Shown: piece after piece, positions 46,585-55,623 of the stretch | Position numbering within the stretch: position 1 is the stretch's first letter | Layout: every line of letters starts with the position of its first letter | From: Nitrososphaeria archaeon | Lineage (GTDB): Archaea; Thermoproteota; Nitrososphaeria; Nitrososphaerales; JARVJX01 | DNA length: 55,804 bases | Assembly (NCBI GenBank): GCA_029775995.1 | Contig: JARVJX010000001.1 | Span: forward strand, 1 to 55,804 | Reading direction: 5' to 3' | Position numbers and translations under genes: made by a program | The notes under the pieces: generated by a model | What the model was told of the DNA's origin: nothing | What the model saw: only the letters and a program-made list of their open reading frames with translations | Databases searched by the model: none

Positions 46585-47736
46585 TTATAGTAAGGCTTTA
46601 GCCAACTTTGTTGCCAAGATAGGATGCTTTAGAAGTTTCAAAGCTACTTTTTTTAGGTCAAAACCATTAGATAGATCTAAAATATCTTCAGCATTTAAAA
46701 TCTTTTGTAGGGTATTCAGATCATCGTCACTTAACTTTTCAATGGACCTCATGGCCTTAAGACTCTTCTTTATCCTTTCGCCCCAGTGCTCATTATACCT
46801 CTCATTGAATTCCTCGAGTCTATGCTTTGAGTTATTTCCTTCCATGGAAGCCTTTGCAGCTACTTCTCCAGCAATCAATCCAGCAGCTATGGAAGAATGT
46901 ATTCCAGCTCCCGTTAAAGGGATAACGGTTCCAGCAGCATCTCCAACCAAAATGGCCCCATCTACCACATTCTGTTTTATCATCCCTCCTATAGGTACAG
47001 GGGCTCCTCTATAATCTATGATTTGAGCCTTCTTCAGTTCCTTCTCAAAAAGCTTTACAAATTTATCTAAGTAAAACTTGGCTGGTCCTCCTCTAACTCC
47101 AATTCCTACTTCAGCTATCCTATCATCCTTAGGAAAGATCCAGGCATAGCCTCCTGGAGCTATCTCATTACCTAAATAAAATCTAACGTAATCTGGATAC
47201 TCAAGATCACAATTTGCCATAACGTATTGCACAGTAGGTATAGGCTCCGATTTCTCATTTATTCCTAAACACTTTGCTACTGTTGAGTTGTATCCATCAG
47301 CCCCAATAACAACCTTTGCCTTATACTCTCCATGAAGAGTTTTAACTAACATATGACCATCAGAAGCTTTACCCACCTCTTTAACCTCCTCTCTGACCTT
47401 TATATGGGCTCCAGCTTCGGCTGCTTGCTCAGCAATGGCTTGTATGAGCATAGATTTATTCAAAGCGTAACCAATTTGATCTATCTCAATAGAATTCATA
47501 TTTGGAGCAAATACCAAAGCTTTAGCCCTTCTCAATACTATTTGAGGAGTAGGTTTTACTCCTGCTGTTTTTAAAGTTTCTTGGCTGGAAGCTTCTCCAC
47601 AGGGCTTATTGGCCATTATGGTAGGACATTTTTCTAATAGGAGAACTTTAGAATTATTTAAAGCAGAACTCTTTGCTGCTGAAACTCCTGAAGGACCTCC
47701 TCCAACTACTATCACATCGTAAAAACTCAATTTCAA
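46585..47736 (-). CDS. Geranylgeranyl reductase family flavoprotein (digeranylgeranylglycerophospholipid reductase-like)
   Basis: The FAD motif is YDVIVVGGGPSGVSAA. GADGYNS and VGDAAG are also present. Confidence 0.85.
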   Translation of the reverse strand: MKLSFYDVIVVGGGPSGVSAAKSSALNNSKVLLLEKCPTIMANKPCGEASSQETLKTAGVKPTPQIVLRRAKALVFAPNMNSIEIDQIGYALNKSMLIQAIAEQAAEAGAHIKVREEVKEVGKASDGHMLVKTLHGEYKAKVVIGADGYNSTVAKCLGINEKSEPIPTVQYVMANCDLEYPDYVRFYLGNEIAPGGYAWIFPKDDRIAEVGIGVRGGPAKFYLDKFVKLFEKELKKAQIIDYRGAPVPIGGMIKQNVVDGAILVGDAAGTVIPLTGAGIHSSIAAGLIAGEVAAKASMEGNNSKHRLEEFNERYNEHWGERIKKSLKAMRSIEKLSDDDLNTLQKILNAEDILDLSNGFDLKKVALKLLKHPILATKLAKALL

Positions 47737-47772
47737 CTTAAACTAATAGTTTTAGCTCTTTTAAAGTTTTCT

Positions 47773-47891
47773 AATAGATTTTACTGTGGCAGAAAAGTTC
47801 ATTTTAGTTTAAATTTTATGATAACTTAACAGTCTACTCTTTCATAAAAGAGACGATAAAGTAGCTTTTCTGCCACAGCCAATAGATTTAC
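47773..47891. repeat. 14-bp perfect inverted repeat (47784..47797 and 47865..47878) flanked by an 11/12-nt direct repeat: either a MITE-like insertion or a structured intergenic element
   Basis: CTGTGGCAGAAAAG ... CTTTTCTGCCACAG are separated by 67 nt. The flanks are AATAGATTTTAC (47773..47784) and AATAGATTTAC (47881..47891). Confidence 0.55.
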
Positions 47892-48042
47892 TAAAATTTT
47901 TGTTTATGGAATTAGAGCTTTGATATATGAGGCTTTAAGCTCTTCTCCTAAAAAATACTTTAAAGGCTATCAATTTAACCTAATCCTATTCATCTTTTGT
48001 TAAATGCTCAAAATCTTTTTAATAAAGATTAAATAACGGTTA

Positions 48043-49008
48043 ATGGTTATTTGTTATATGGAAATTCTAAAAGATGTTTACCAGATAAAAGCCCCCTTAG
48101 GAGATAGATTCGTATGTCAATATTTGCTTAAGGGAAAAAGGGCTTCCCTATTAATTGATACAGGAGTAGCTGGGATGGGAAATGAGGTCATAATTCCCTA
48201 TTTGAAAGATGTTAGCATTACTAGGGATAGCCTTCTCTATATTCTAAATACCCATGCTGATGTGGATCATATTGGTGGAAATTATGAATTAAAAAAAGAA
48301 TTCCCAAATTCCATTCTTATGACTCATAAAGAGGATTTAAGATGGGTGGAGTCTAAAGAGGCTATCATGAGTGAGCAGTATGGATGGTATGTAAAGCATG
48401 AATTAGATTATCCTGAAGATGTTAAAAAATGGATAGAAAAGGGCTTAGGAAATCAGATAAAAATGGATATGGTTTTAAAAGGTGATGAAGAGATAAGGTT
48501 AGACGAAGACTGGAAAATAGAGATTATTCACTTACCAGGCCATTCTTTAGGCCATACTGGAGTTCAAGACCCTAAAAATAATGCCATATTCATATCTGAT
48601 GCAGTTTTGCATAGAGGTGTTTATAGTACTAAGGGAGAATTACTTGGTCCTCCAAAATACTATGATGCTAAGTTGTACAGAAAGACCATTAAAAGGTTAA
48701 AGGGTATGAAACCAAAGTATCTAATAACAGCCCATTATGAGCTTATGAAGGATGAGAAAGCAATTAGCTTCCTAAATGAAAGTTTATCCTTTACTAGGGA
48801 GTTGGATGAAATTTTAAGAAACACCCTTTCTGAAAAAGCTTTAACCACAAAGGAACTGCTTGAAAGGATAAATCCTAAAATAGGTCCTTACCCTAGCATG
48901 AGTATTGAACTCTCAGCCTGTATAATTTCAAACCTTAAGGTTTTAGAGAAGAAGGGAGAAGTAAGAAAGGTAAAAAAGGGAGAGTTTGATGCTTGGATAA
49001 AGAGCTAA
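48043..49008 (+). CDS. Metallo-beta-lactamase-fold hydrolase
   Basis: Contains NTHADVDHIGG (HxHxDH) and a downstream LPGHSLGH. The likely start is MEILKD, 5 codons in. Confidence 0.8.
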   Translation: MVICYMEILKDVYQIKAPLGDRFVCQYLLKGKRASLLIDTGVAGMGNEVIIPYLKDVSITRDSLLYILNTHADVDHIGGNYELKKEFPNSILMTHKEDLRWVESKEAIMSEQYGWYVKHELDYPEDVKKWIEKGLGNQIKMDMVLKGDEEIRLDEDWKIEIIHLPGHSLGHTGVQDPKNNAIFISDAVLHRGVYSTKGELLGPPKYYDAKLYRKTIKRLKGMKPKYLITAHYELMKDEKAISFLNESLSFTRELDEILRNTLSEKALTTKELLERINPKIGPYPSMSIELSACIISNLKVLEKKGEVRKVKKGEFDAWIKS

Positions 49009-50117
49009 CCAAACTCTTCTTTAATGTATGGTATTACCTTTTCAGCATAAATTTTAAGCTGTTGATAGCTCTCCAATATGGGCATAAAGTGAAGAACAAA
49101 GAGGCTTAAACCAGCCTTTATGTATTTTTCTATCATATTTATACAATCATCTGGTCCTCCAACGGCTAGAGCTGGCTTTCCAACCTCTCTAAAGGGTGAA
49201 GATTCTAACTCTACCTTCATCCTTTTATCCCCTAAAAATAAATCATCGATTTCCTCAATGCTATAGCCAAACCATTCTTTTATAGATTCATTGGACCTTT
49301 TTATGGCTAAATCTCTATCTTTATCTATGGCTGTATAAAATTCAATTCCCTTGAGTATCCTTTTTCCCATCTTCTTCTCAACTTCCTTTACTAGGGGCTC
49401 TCTACTCTTTATGAAATCAAGGGATACTGCGGGGGGAAGCCAACCATCAGCAAAGGGTAAGAGTTCAGTAAGGGTCCTTTTTCCTATTGCCCCAAGCCAG
49501 AAGGGAGGGTGAGGTTTTTGTATAGGTTTAGGATTTATCTGGCAATTCTGTATCTTAATAAATTTTCCATCAAAGCTCACCGATTCCTCTTCTAACAACC
49601 TCTTTATCAAATATATCCCTTCCTTTGTTCGCTCCAATCTTTTTGAGAAAGGTCTAAAGGGTATATCATAGGCTATAAACTCTTTCTCTCTCCATCCTGC
49701 GCCAAATCCTAACTCAAATCTACCATTAGATATAACATCTAAAAGGGCTATTTGCTTAGCATAGAGGGGAGGGTTTCTATAAGGTATACAGCTTACAGCC
49801 GTTCCAAGTCTAAGCCTTTTTGTTTCTCTTGCAAGGGCTGCTAAAGTAACAGTAGATTCTAATGCAGGAGGATATTCTTTTGAAGGTTCCTTTACCACAG
49901 ATTCAACGCCTAAAAGATGATCGCAACTCCAAACTGAATCTAAGCCAAGCTTTTCCGTGAATTTTGTAAGCTCTAAGATTAAATCAAAGTTAGTTCCTCT
50001 AACAAATACAGGAAGGAACACACCAAACCTTATAGCATTATCCATCCCCATGGGTAACCTTTCTTTTATATTTAAGTTAGAGTGCATACTTTGGATATAA
50101 TAAGATAACAAGATCAA
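49005..50117 (-). CDS. Luciferase-like (LLM-class) flavin/F420-dependent oxidoreductase
   Basis: Contains FGVFLP...LGLDSVWSCDHL...RLRLGTAV...RFELGFGAGW, an LLM pattern. The likely start is the internal MGMDNAIRF. Confidence 0.75.
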   Translation of the reverse strand: MILLSYYIQSMHSNLNIKERLPMGMDNAIRFGVFLPVFVRGTNFDLILELTKFTEKLGLDSVWSCDHLLGVESVVKEPSKEYPPALESTVTLAALARETKRLRLGTAVSCIPYRNPPLYAKQIALLDVISNGRFELGFGAGWREKEFIAYDIPFRPFSKRLERTKEGIYLIKRLLEEESVSFDGKFIKIQNCQINPKPIQKPHPPFWLGAIGKRTLTELLPFADGWLPPAVSLDFIKSREPLVKEVEKKMGKRILKGIEFYTAIDKDRDLAIKRSNESIKEWFGYSIEEIDDLFLGDKRMKVELESSPFREVGKPALAVGGPDDCINMIEKYIKAGLSLFVLHFMPILESYQQLKIYAEKVIPYIKEEFG

Positions 50118-50153
50118 TTGCTTTGAAGATTTCCTTACTAAGGATAGAATTAA

Positions 50154-51284
50154 TTAAAGGCTTATAGGATACCTTCCATACTTTTTAGCTGTTTCAACCA
50201 TGGCTAAACAGTTCTCTAACTTAACGCCTCCATACCAGCTGTTACTTGATGATAATATGTGCCCTCCACCAGGCGAGGCCAATCTTATTACCTTTTTCGT
50301 TTCCTCAACTATTTCTTCTTTGCCCTTTAAAGCCAGGTTATCCACTGAAACATTACCATACAAAACCAATTTATCTCCATATTTTTCCTTTACCTTTCCT
50401 ATTTCTACTCCTGCACTTGGATCTAAGGAATGAACCCCATCTACCTTTGCCAAATTTGTTAAATCGTCTAATAAGGGATTAACATTACCATCGGTATGCT
50501 TTATGAGTTTAGCACCGTACTTGTGAACCTTTTCTACGTGCTTTCTCATAGCTTCAAAGATCCCCAATCTTCTGAAATGCTCTGGAGGGAGCATGGGACC
50601 CTTTGTCTCACACAGATCTCCTCCCATAACAATTATATCAAAGCCTATAGAACCGAATACATCTATCAATCCTAAATTGTATTCAGTCATTTTATCTATG
50701 AAATCTTTTATTATAGAAGGATTTGAATATATCCAATGAACAAACTTAATGGGGGTTAAAGCTTCCCATACATGGGCAAAGGGCTCCCTTATAAAAACCC
50801 CTAGGGCTTTTCTCTCTTTATTCAATTTTTTCAGTTCCTTTAACCCAAAATCCCTACCCTCAGCATAGGGATCAGGAAATTCTTCCTCTAGGAATCTCTT
50901 TACTTCATCTTCATTGCTAAATACAGTGCCCATGTAGGTAAATATTTTTGTAACCTTATCATAGCCATGAACCCTTCCAATTTCATCCACATACCTATCT
51001 TCCTTCAATTGTCTTGGCTTATAATTATCTGGCAAAGACATATTCGCATAAACTATATCAAAATCCAATTTCTCATAGGTTTTATAAAGTAGCTCATAGT
51101 AGGCCCTTTCAGCCTCTCTATCAGCTACAACGGCCCCTTGAACTGAATGAAGAGCCTTTGATTTTACATTTAATATCTGCTCCATAAGATTCACATCAAC
51201 GTAAAGTTCTGCCATAGGAACCCTATCAGGTTCTTCAAAGCTCATGGTTTTAATTACCCTTTCTCTACTATTCATTTTTCTCAC
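50154..51284 (-). CDS. Uroporphyrinogen-decarboxylase-family methyltransferase (MtaA/MtbA/MtoA-like methylcobamide methyltransferase)
   Basis: URO-D-like pattern: N-terminal RERVIKTMSFEEPDRVPM, then GGDLCETKGPMLPPEHF and IKHTDGNVNPLLDDL. It overlaps the corrinoid-protein gene by 17 nt. Confidence 0.7.
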   Translation of the reverse strand: MRKMNSRERVIKTMSFEEPDRVPMAELYVDVNLMEQILNVKSKALHSVQGAVVADREAERAYYELLYKTYEKLDFDIVYANMSLPDNYKPRQLKEDRYVDEIGRVHGYDKVTKIFTYMGTVFSNEDEVKRFLEEEFPDPYAEGRDFGLKELKKLNKERKALGVFIREPFAHVWEALTPIKFVHWIYSNPSIIKDFIDKMTEYNLGLIDVFGSIGFDIIVMGGDLCETKGPMLPPEHFRRLGIFEAMRKHVEKVHKYGAKLIKHTDGNVNPLLDDLTNLAKVDGVHSLDPSAGVEIGKVKEKYGDKLVLYGNVSVDNLALKGKEEIVEETKKVIRLASPGGGHILSSSNSWYGGVKLENCLAMVETAKKYGRYPISL

Positions 51285-51957
51285 CTACAAGTTTCTCTGC
51301 AACCCTAACAGCTTCAAAGGCATCTTTACCATAACCATCAGCACCAACCTCAATAGAAAATTCTTGAGTTATGGGCCTACCACCTATCATTATCTTAACC
51401 TTTTTATTACTCCCCCTAACTAATCTAATGGTATTTTGCATTTCACTCATACCAATAGTTAGCAAGCAGGACATAGCCAATATGTCTGGTTCATACTTTT
51501 GGATATAGCTAAGAAAACTTTCAGGAGATACATCCACACCCACATCAATTACTTCAAAGCCTTGTGATGAAAGCATAGATGCCACTATATTTTTCCCTAT
51601 ATCGTGTATGTCACCTTTAACGGTTCCTATTACTATTTTACCTTTAGGCTTTGTATTTGATACTTCCAAATGAGGCTTAACTAAATTTGTAAGCTCTGTA
51701 GCCATTAAGCCTGACATAATTAAATCTGAAAGAAAGCAGCTGCCCTCATCATATCTTTTTCCAACCTCTTCTAAGCCCTCCTTCATAGCTTCTATAAGAT
51801 CCATAGGGTTTACATGAGAATCTAAAGCTAGTTTTACGAGCTCCCTTATCCTATCAACGCCTAGCAAATTTGTAAAACATTCTCTTATTTCATCTAATAT
51901 TTGGTTCATATTTATAATTACATAAGAAAGATATTTATACTTAACGCTGTTAATCAT
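51268..51957 (-). CDS. Corrinoid (cobalamin-binding) protein, MtaC/MtbC-like
   Basis: It has a helical B12 cap and a Rossmann domain with GTVKGDIHDIGKNIV (DxHxxG), SCLLT and IMIGG. The likely start is the internal MNQILDEIRE. Confidence 0.85.
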   Translation of the reverse strand: MINSVKYKYLSYVIINMNQILDEIRECFTNLLGVDRIRELVKLALDSHVNPMDLIEAMKEGLEEVGKRYDEGSCFLSDLIMSGLMATELTNLVKPHLEVSNTKPKGKIVIGTVKGDIHDIGKNIVASMLSSQGFEVIDVGVDVSPESFLSYIQKYEPDILAMSCLLTIGMSEMQNTIRLVRGSNKKVKIMIGGRPITQEFSIEVGADGYGKDAFEAVRVAEKLVGEKNE

Positions 51958-52074
51958 ACATCTAAATTTTTATCAATGTTAAATAATTGCCACCTTAACT
52001 TAATAAAATTATATAAAAATAGCAAAAAGCTTTTATTTTTAAAAATTATTAAGTTAAAGGGTAAAGGATATAGT

Positions 52075-52704
52075 ATGCTAACTTATCTTTTAGATGAAGA
52101 GATATCAAAGAGGAGCCTTTTAAAGCATCCTTTTTATCAGAGCTGGAGAGAAGGTAAGCTAACCCTAGAAGCATTGAGGGGTTATGCAAAGGAATACTTT
52201 CAGTTGGTAAAAACCATACCAAGGATTGTTGAGAGAATAATAGAATTCTCACCTCTCTCGAAAGAGAAGATGCTCCTTCACCTAAAGGAAGAGAAAGAGC
52301 ATATAGAATTGTGGTTAAGGTTTGCTGAAGCCTTAGGGATAAGTAGGAAAGAGCTTTTAAATTATGATGGATTGGATGAGATTAAAGAAACCTTAAATAG
52401 GCTTTACCATTTATCCTTAAATTTCTATGATGCTACCGCTCTAATGTATTCTTTAGAGGCTGAATTACCCAAAATAAGCAAAATAAAGGCTGATTCTCTG
52501 GAAAGATTTTATGGTATGAAAGAGAAAGAAATAAAATATTTTAGGATTCATGAAGTGGTAGATATTAGGCATGCAGAGCTTTGGAGGAGAATTTTAAATA
52601 ACTCTCCCCTAAAAGAGAGGGACCTTTTGCTTAAAGTTTGTAAAAATTCCTTAAAGGCTCAAAACCAAATCCTGGATGTAATTATGAAAACTTACATGAG
52701 ATAA
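52075..52704 (+). CDS. Heme-oxygenase-like di-iron protein of the TenA/PqqC/CADD family
   Basis: Contains LLKHPFYQSWREGKLTLEALRGYAKEYFQLV and later EEKEHIELW / HEVVDIRH. I set the start at the ATG at 52075, because the upstream part of track ORF 51901..52704 overlaps the corrinoid gene and is low-complexity. Confidence 0.7.
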   Translation: MLTYLLDEEISKRSLLKHPFYQSWREGKLTLEALRGYAKEYFQLVKTIPRIVERIIEFSPLSKEKMLLHLKEEKEHIELWLRFAEALGISRKELLNYDGLDEIKETLNRLYHLSLNFYDATALMYSLEAELPKISKIKADSLERFYGMKEKEIKYFRIHEVVDIRHAELWRRILNNSPLKERDLLLKVCKNSLKAQNQILDVIMKTYMR

Positions 52705-53464
52705 AATTGAGTAGTGAAGATGTTAGCCACTTATCGGAAGAATTCCTATCTAAACTCCTATTAGAAATTTATGAAAATTATGCTGGAATAAGAGATTAAG
52801 ATGAGATAAACATATAATGGCTTTATGAAGCCTATTCAAAGCTTTATTCAAAGAAAACCCTCGAATTAATATAATAAAATCTTACCTTCATAAAAAGAAT
52901 AAGGAGTTAAGGGAGAGGCAAAGTACTTAACTTTATTCTTATTTTCCTTAAGGCTTTAAAGGAAAAGTATTAAGCTAACAGAGGAGATTTAGATTTTAAA
53001 AAGTAAGAGCAAGATAAAATACAATGAAAGATTTAATCCCTTCAGGCAAGTGCAAGTTATGGTTCAAAAGGAGGATAGAAGAGAAAATAGAATTTTATTG
53101 TATAAAAAGCTCGTGGATAAGATTAGCAATATTTTCAATCCAAGATTGAAAAGGAGGATGAAATTCATAAAGGAAGAGGCTAAGACTTTGGGCTTTTCAA
53201 ACTAAAAGGAGCTTTACTCTCTTTTAACCGAAACCAATTACAAAGAGCTTTTAGAATCTATGAAGAGCTTTTGTGATATACCAGAGAATTTATAAAAATT
53301 ACCTTAAGCTTTATCTTTCTAGAATCCAATAAGAAACAATTTGGAAAGGAAGTTTAGATTAGATTGTCCTTTCAAGAGAGAAGCTGGTAATTATCTTTAT
53401 CTTTTAGAATTTTGAGAAAGGTCAGGCTTCTTAAAGAAATAAAGGAATATTTGGATTATTTGGA

Positions 53465-54838
53465 TTAGCTCTTAGCCTGCTTGCTGAATCTATATAAGTT
53501 AGCTATGATTGAAAATATTACTAATACAACGCCTATCTCAAATAGAGAAAGATTTTGAAAGCCTCTAAGAAAAGCTTGGTAAGCCATTAGATTCATAAGG
53601 ATTTGAAAGCCTAAAAAGGCTAATATAACAGCAATTATCCACTTCCTTGCCATAACTATGGGCTTTCCTACCCCTCTCTTTCTCGCAACTCCCATTTTAC
53701 TCTCCTTAAGCTTAACCCATTTAAGGAAAGTATAGGTAACTCCAAAGGAAACAACGCTTATAAGTATTAATACACCATAGAAGAGCAAGGGATCTATGAA
53801 GATTCTTGAAAAAAGGTCTTTATTAATATCTGGGTCGATGTAAAAGCCCCACAAGGTGGTTACAGCTATCTGACCTAAGCTTGTAACTCCAAGGGCTGTG
53901 AAGAAAGGCCTTTCCTTCCAGTTAAACTTTCTACTTCTATCTATAAAGGGAACTACAAAGAACATTAAAATAAATATAAGGGGCAATAAGCCTCCTGTAA
54001 AGAATCTATCATAGCCCGTTCTAATTAAAGCGTAAACCCCAGTTAAATACCATTCAGGGACTGTGGGGGATAGAGGTTTTGTAGGTTCGAACTTTACCCC
54101 TAAACCTATAGGGAATAAACCTCCTACAATTAATAATCCCCCTATTATAGCCGATACCATAGGTAAATCTAAAACCAAGTTTCTTGGGAAATGGAACATC
54201 ATCAAAAGAAGCATAATCATGGGAATTATGAACACATGCAAAGCATAAAATCTTAATATGAAGTCTGAGAATCCTGTTCCTAAAATGGCTACTCTAACAA
54301 GGGGTCCCACTATTGGAGAAGAATCGGCTAAGCTGGCACCTATACTCATTGCTAATTGAGCCCTCTCATTAAGAATCAAATTGTAGCCTGTAAAGGCTTC
54401 GAGAACTGTTAATAGCCCAAGGATAACTCCTGTGGACCACAAAATCTCATTTCTTATTTTAAATCTCCCACTAAAGTACTGGTAATATAGGTGAAGAACA
54501 GCTAAGAAGACCATGGCATTTGATGCATGATAGTGAATATTCCTTATAGCAAAACCAAAGGGAATAACATCGTTTATCTCTTTAACGGTATCATAGGCTC
54601 TATCAAGGGTGGGAACATAGTAATACATCAATATGGCCCCCGTAACCCCTAAAACTATGAAGGTTACAAAGGTTAGAACCCCTAAAAAACCAAAGGGACT
54701 AACAAATTTGCTTGGAAAAGTAAACCTTAAACCGAAGAATAAAGTTCTCTCCAGTCTATCTACCACATAATCGTAAAGCTTAACGATGGGGTTTTTAGCC
54801 TTCTCCTCTTCCTTACTTTCTTTTGATATATCTCCCAA
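53465..54838 (-). CDS. Cytochrome b (bc-complex type, long fused form)
   Basis: Contains FAIRNIHYHASNAMVFLAVLHLYYQYFSG (heme-ligand helices) and a later FYALHVFIIP. It has more than 9 transmembrane helices and lies downstream of, and overlapping, the Rieske gene. Confidence 0.85.
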   Translation of the reverse strand: MGDISKESKEEEKAKNPIVKLYDYVVDRLERTLFFGLRFTFPSKFVSPFGFLGVLTFVTFIVLGVTGAILMYYYVPTLDRAYDTVKEINDVIPFGFAIRNIHYHASNAMVFLAVLHLYYQYFSGRFKIRNEILWSTGVILGLLTVLEAFTGYNLILNERAQLAMSIGASLADSSPIVGPLVRVAILGTGFSDFILRFYALHVFIIPMIMLLLMMFHFPRNLVLDLPMVSAIIGGLLIVGGLFPIGLGVKFEPTKPLSPTVPEWYLTGVYALIRTGYDRFFTGGLLPLIFILMFFVVPFIDRSRKFNWKERPFFTALGVTSLGQIAVTTLWGFYIDPDINKDLFSRIFIDPLLFYGVLILISVVSFGVTYTFLKWVKLKESKMGVARKRGVGKPIVMARKWIIAVILAFLGFQILMNLMAYQAFLRGFQNLSLFEIGVVLVIFSIIANLYRFSKQAKS

Positions 54839-55547
54839 AGCCCACTACACCATTACCATTAACATCCCAAACAGGAGGTTTAACCAAAATAAAGCCCTTA
54901 TCATCAACATCAAGCTCTAACATAGGGAGAGCATTTTGTGGAGGGGTTTGTAGAGCTGCAGGACCCTTTATGGCTAAACCATCTTCTACTCTATAGATGC
55001 TGGCATGACAGGGACACTGTAAATTCTTATATTGAGGAGAGTATCTCCACAAACACCACAAATGCACACATATATTGCTATAGGCTCTGAAGGATGAAAT
55101 TTCTTCTCTATCTCCTCCTAACTCTTTAGGCAATCTTATTAACACAAACTGTCTGAAGGGCTCTGAATCTCTAACTGGGTCTCCTGTTCTAGGATAAGGA
55201 AAAGTAGCTGATGAGTTTACTGGAAAGGTTTTAATGTTGGCAAAATTACCATCAGCCAAAATTATCTTTTGAGCCTCCTCCTTTAATACACCCCTATAAG
55301 TAAAAAAGGAACCAAAGGGAATAAAGGGTATTATGCTTAAAATTCCTCCAGCTATAGAAGCATATTTGATAAAATCTCTTCTTGGTAAAGGCTTTACTAT
55401 GGGTAAGGGTTGAACAGGCTTTGGTGGGGGGATAGTTTTAGCAATCTTTTGAATTGTAGTTGGAGTAGGGGTAACAGGTTTAGTTGAGATGGGAGTTGGA
55501 GGTTTAACAGGAGGTTTAATTGGCTTCTCTTCTTTCTCTTCGCTCAT
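54813..55547 (-). CDS. Rieske 2Fe-2S protein with a Pro-rich N-terminal extension and a twin-arginine-like signal
   Basis: Rieske boxes CVHLWC and CPCHAS. RRDFIKYASIAGG precedes a transmembrane helix. The N-terminus is a Pro/Thr/Lys-rich stretch. Confidence 0.88.
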   Translation of the reverse strand: MSEEKEEKPIKPPVKPPTPISTKPVTPTPTTIQKIAKTIPPPKPVQPLPIVKPLPRRDFIKYASIAGGILSIIPFIPFGSFFTYRGVLKEEAQKIILADGNFANIKTFPVNSSATFPYPRTGDPVRDSEPFRQFVLIRLPKELGGDREEISSFRAYSNICVHLWCLWRYSPQYKNLQCPCHASIYRVEDGLAIKGPAALQTPPQNALPMLELDVDDKGFILVKPPVWDVNGNGVVGFGRYIKRK

Positions 55548-55623
55548 TCTTCTTCCCTTACATGGTCTCTAAACCCTACTAAATAATCTTTACTTAATAA
55601 AGTTGAAAATTACTTGTAAAAAC

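Noticed and set aside
51901-52074. The 58-codon N-terminal extension of the TenA/CADD-like ORF.
   Set aside because: It overlaps the 5' end of the corrinoid-protein gene on the other strand. It translates to Asn/Lys/Leu/Ile-rich sequence with no similarity to the family. The family-typical N-terminus begins at the ATG at 52075.
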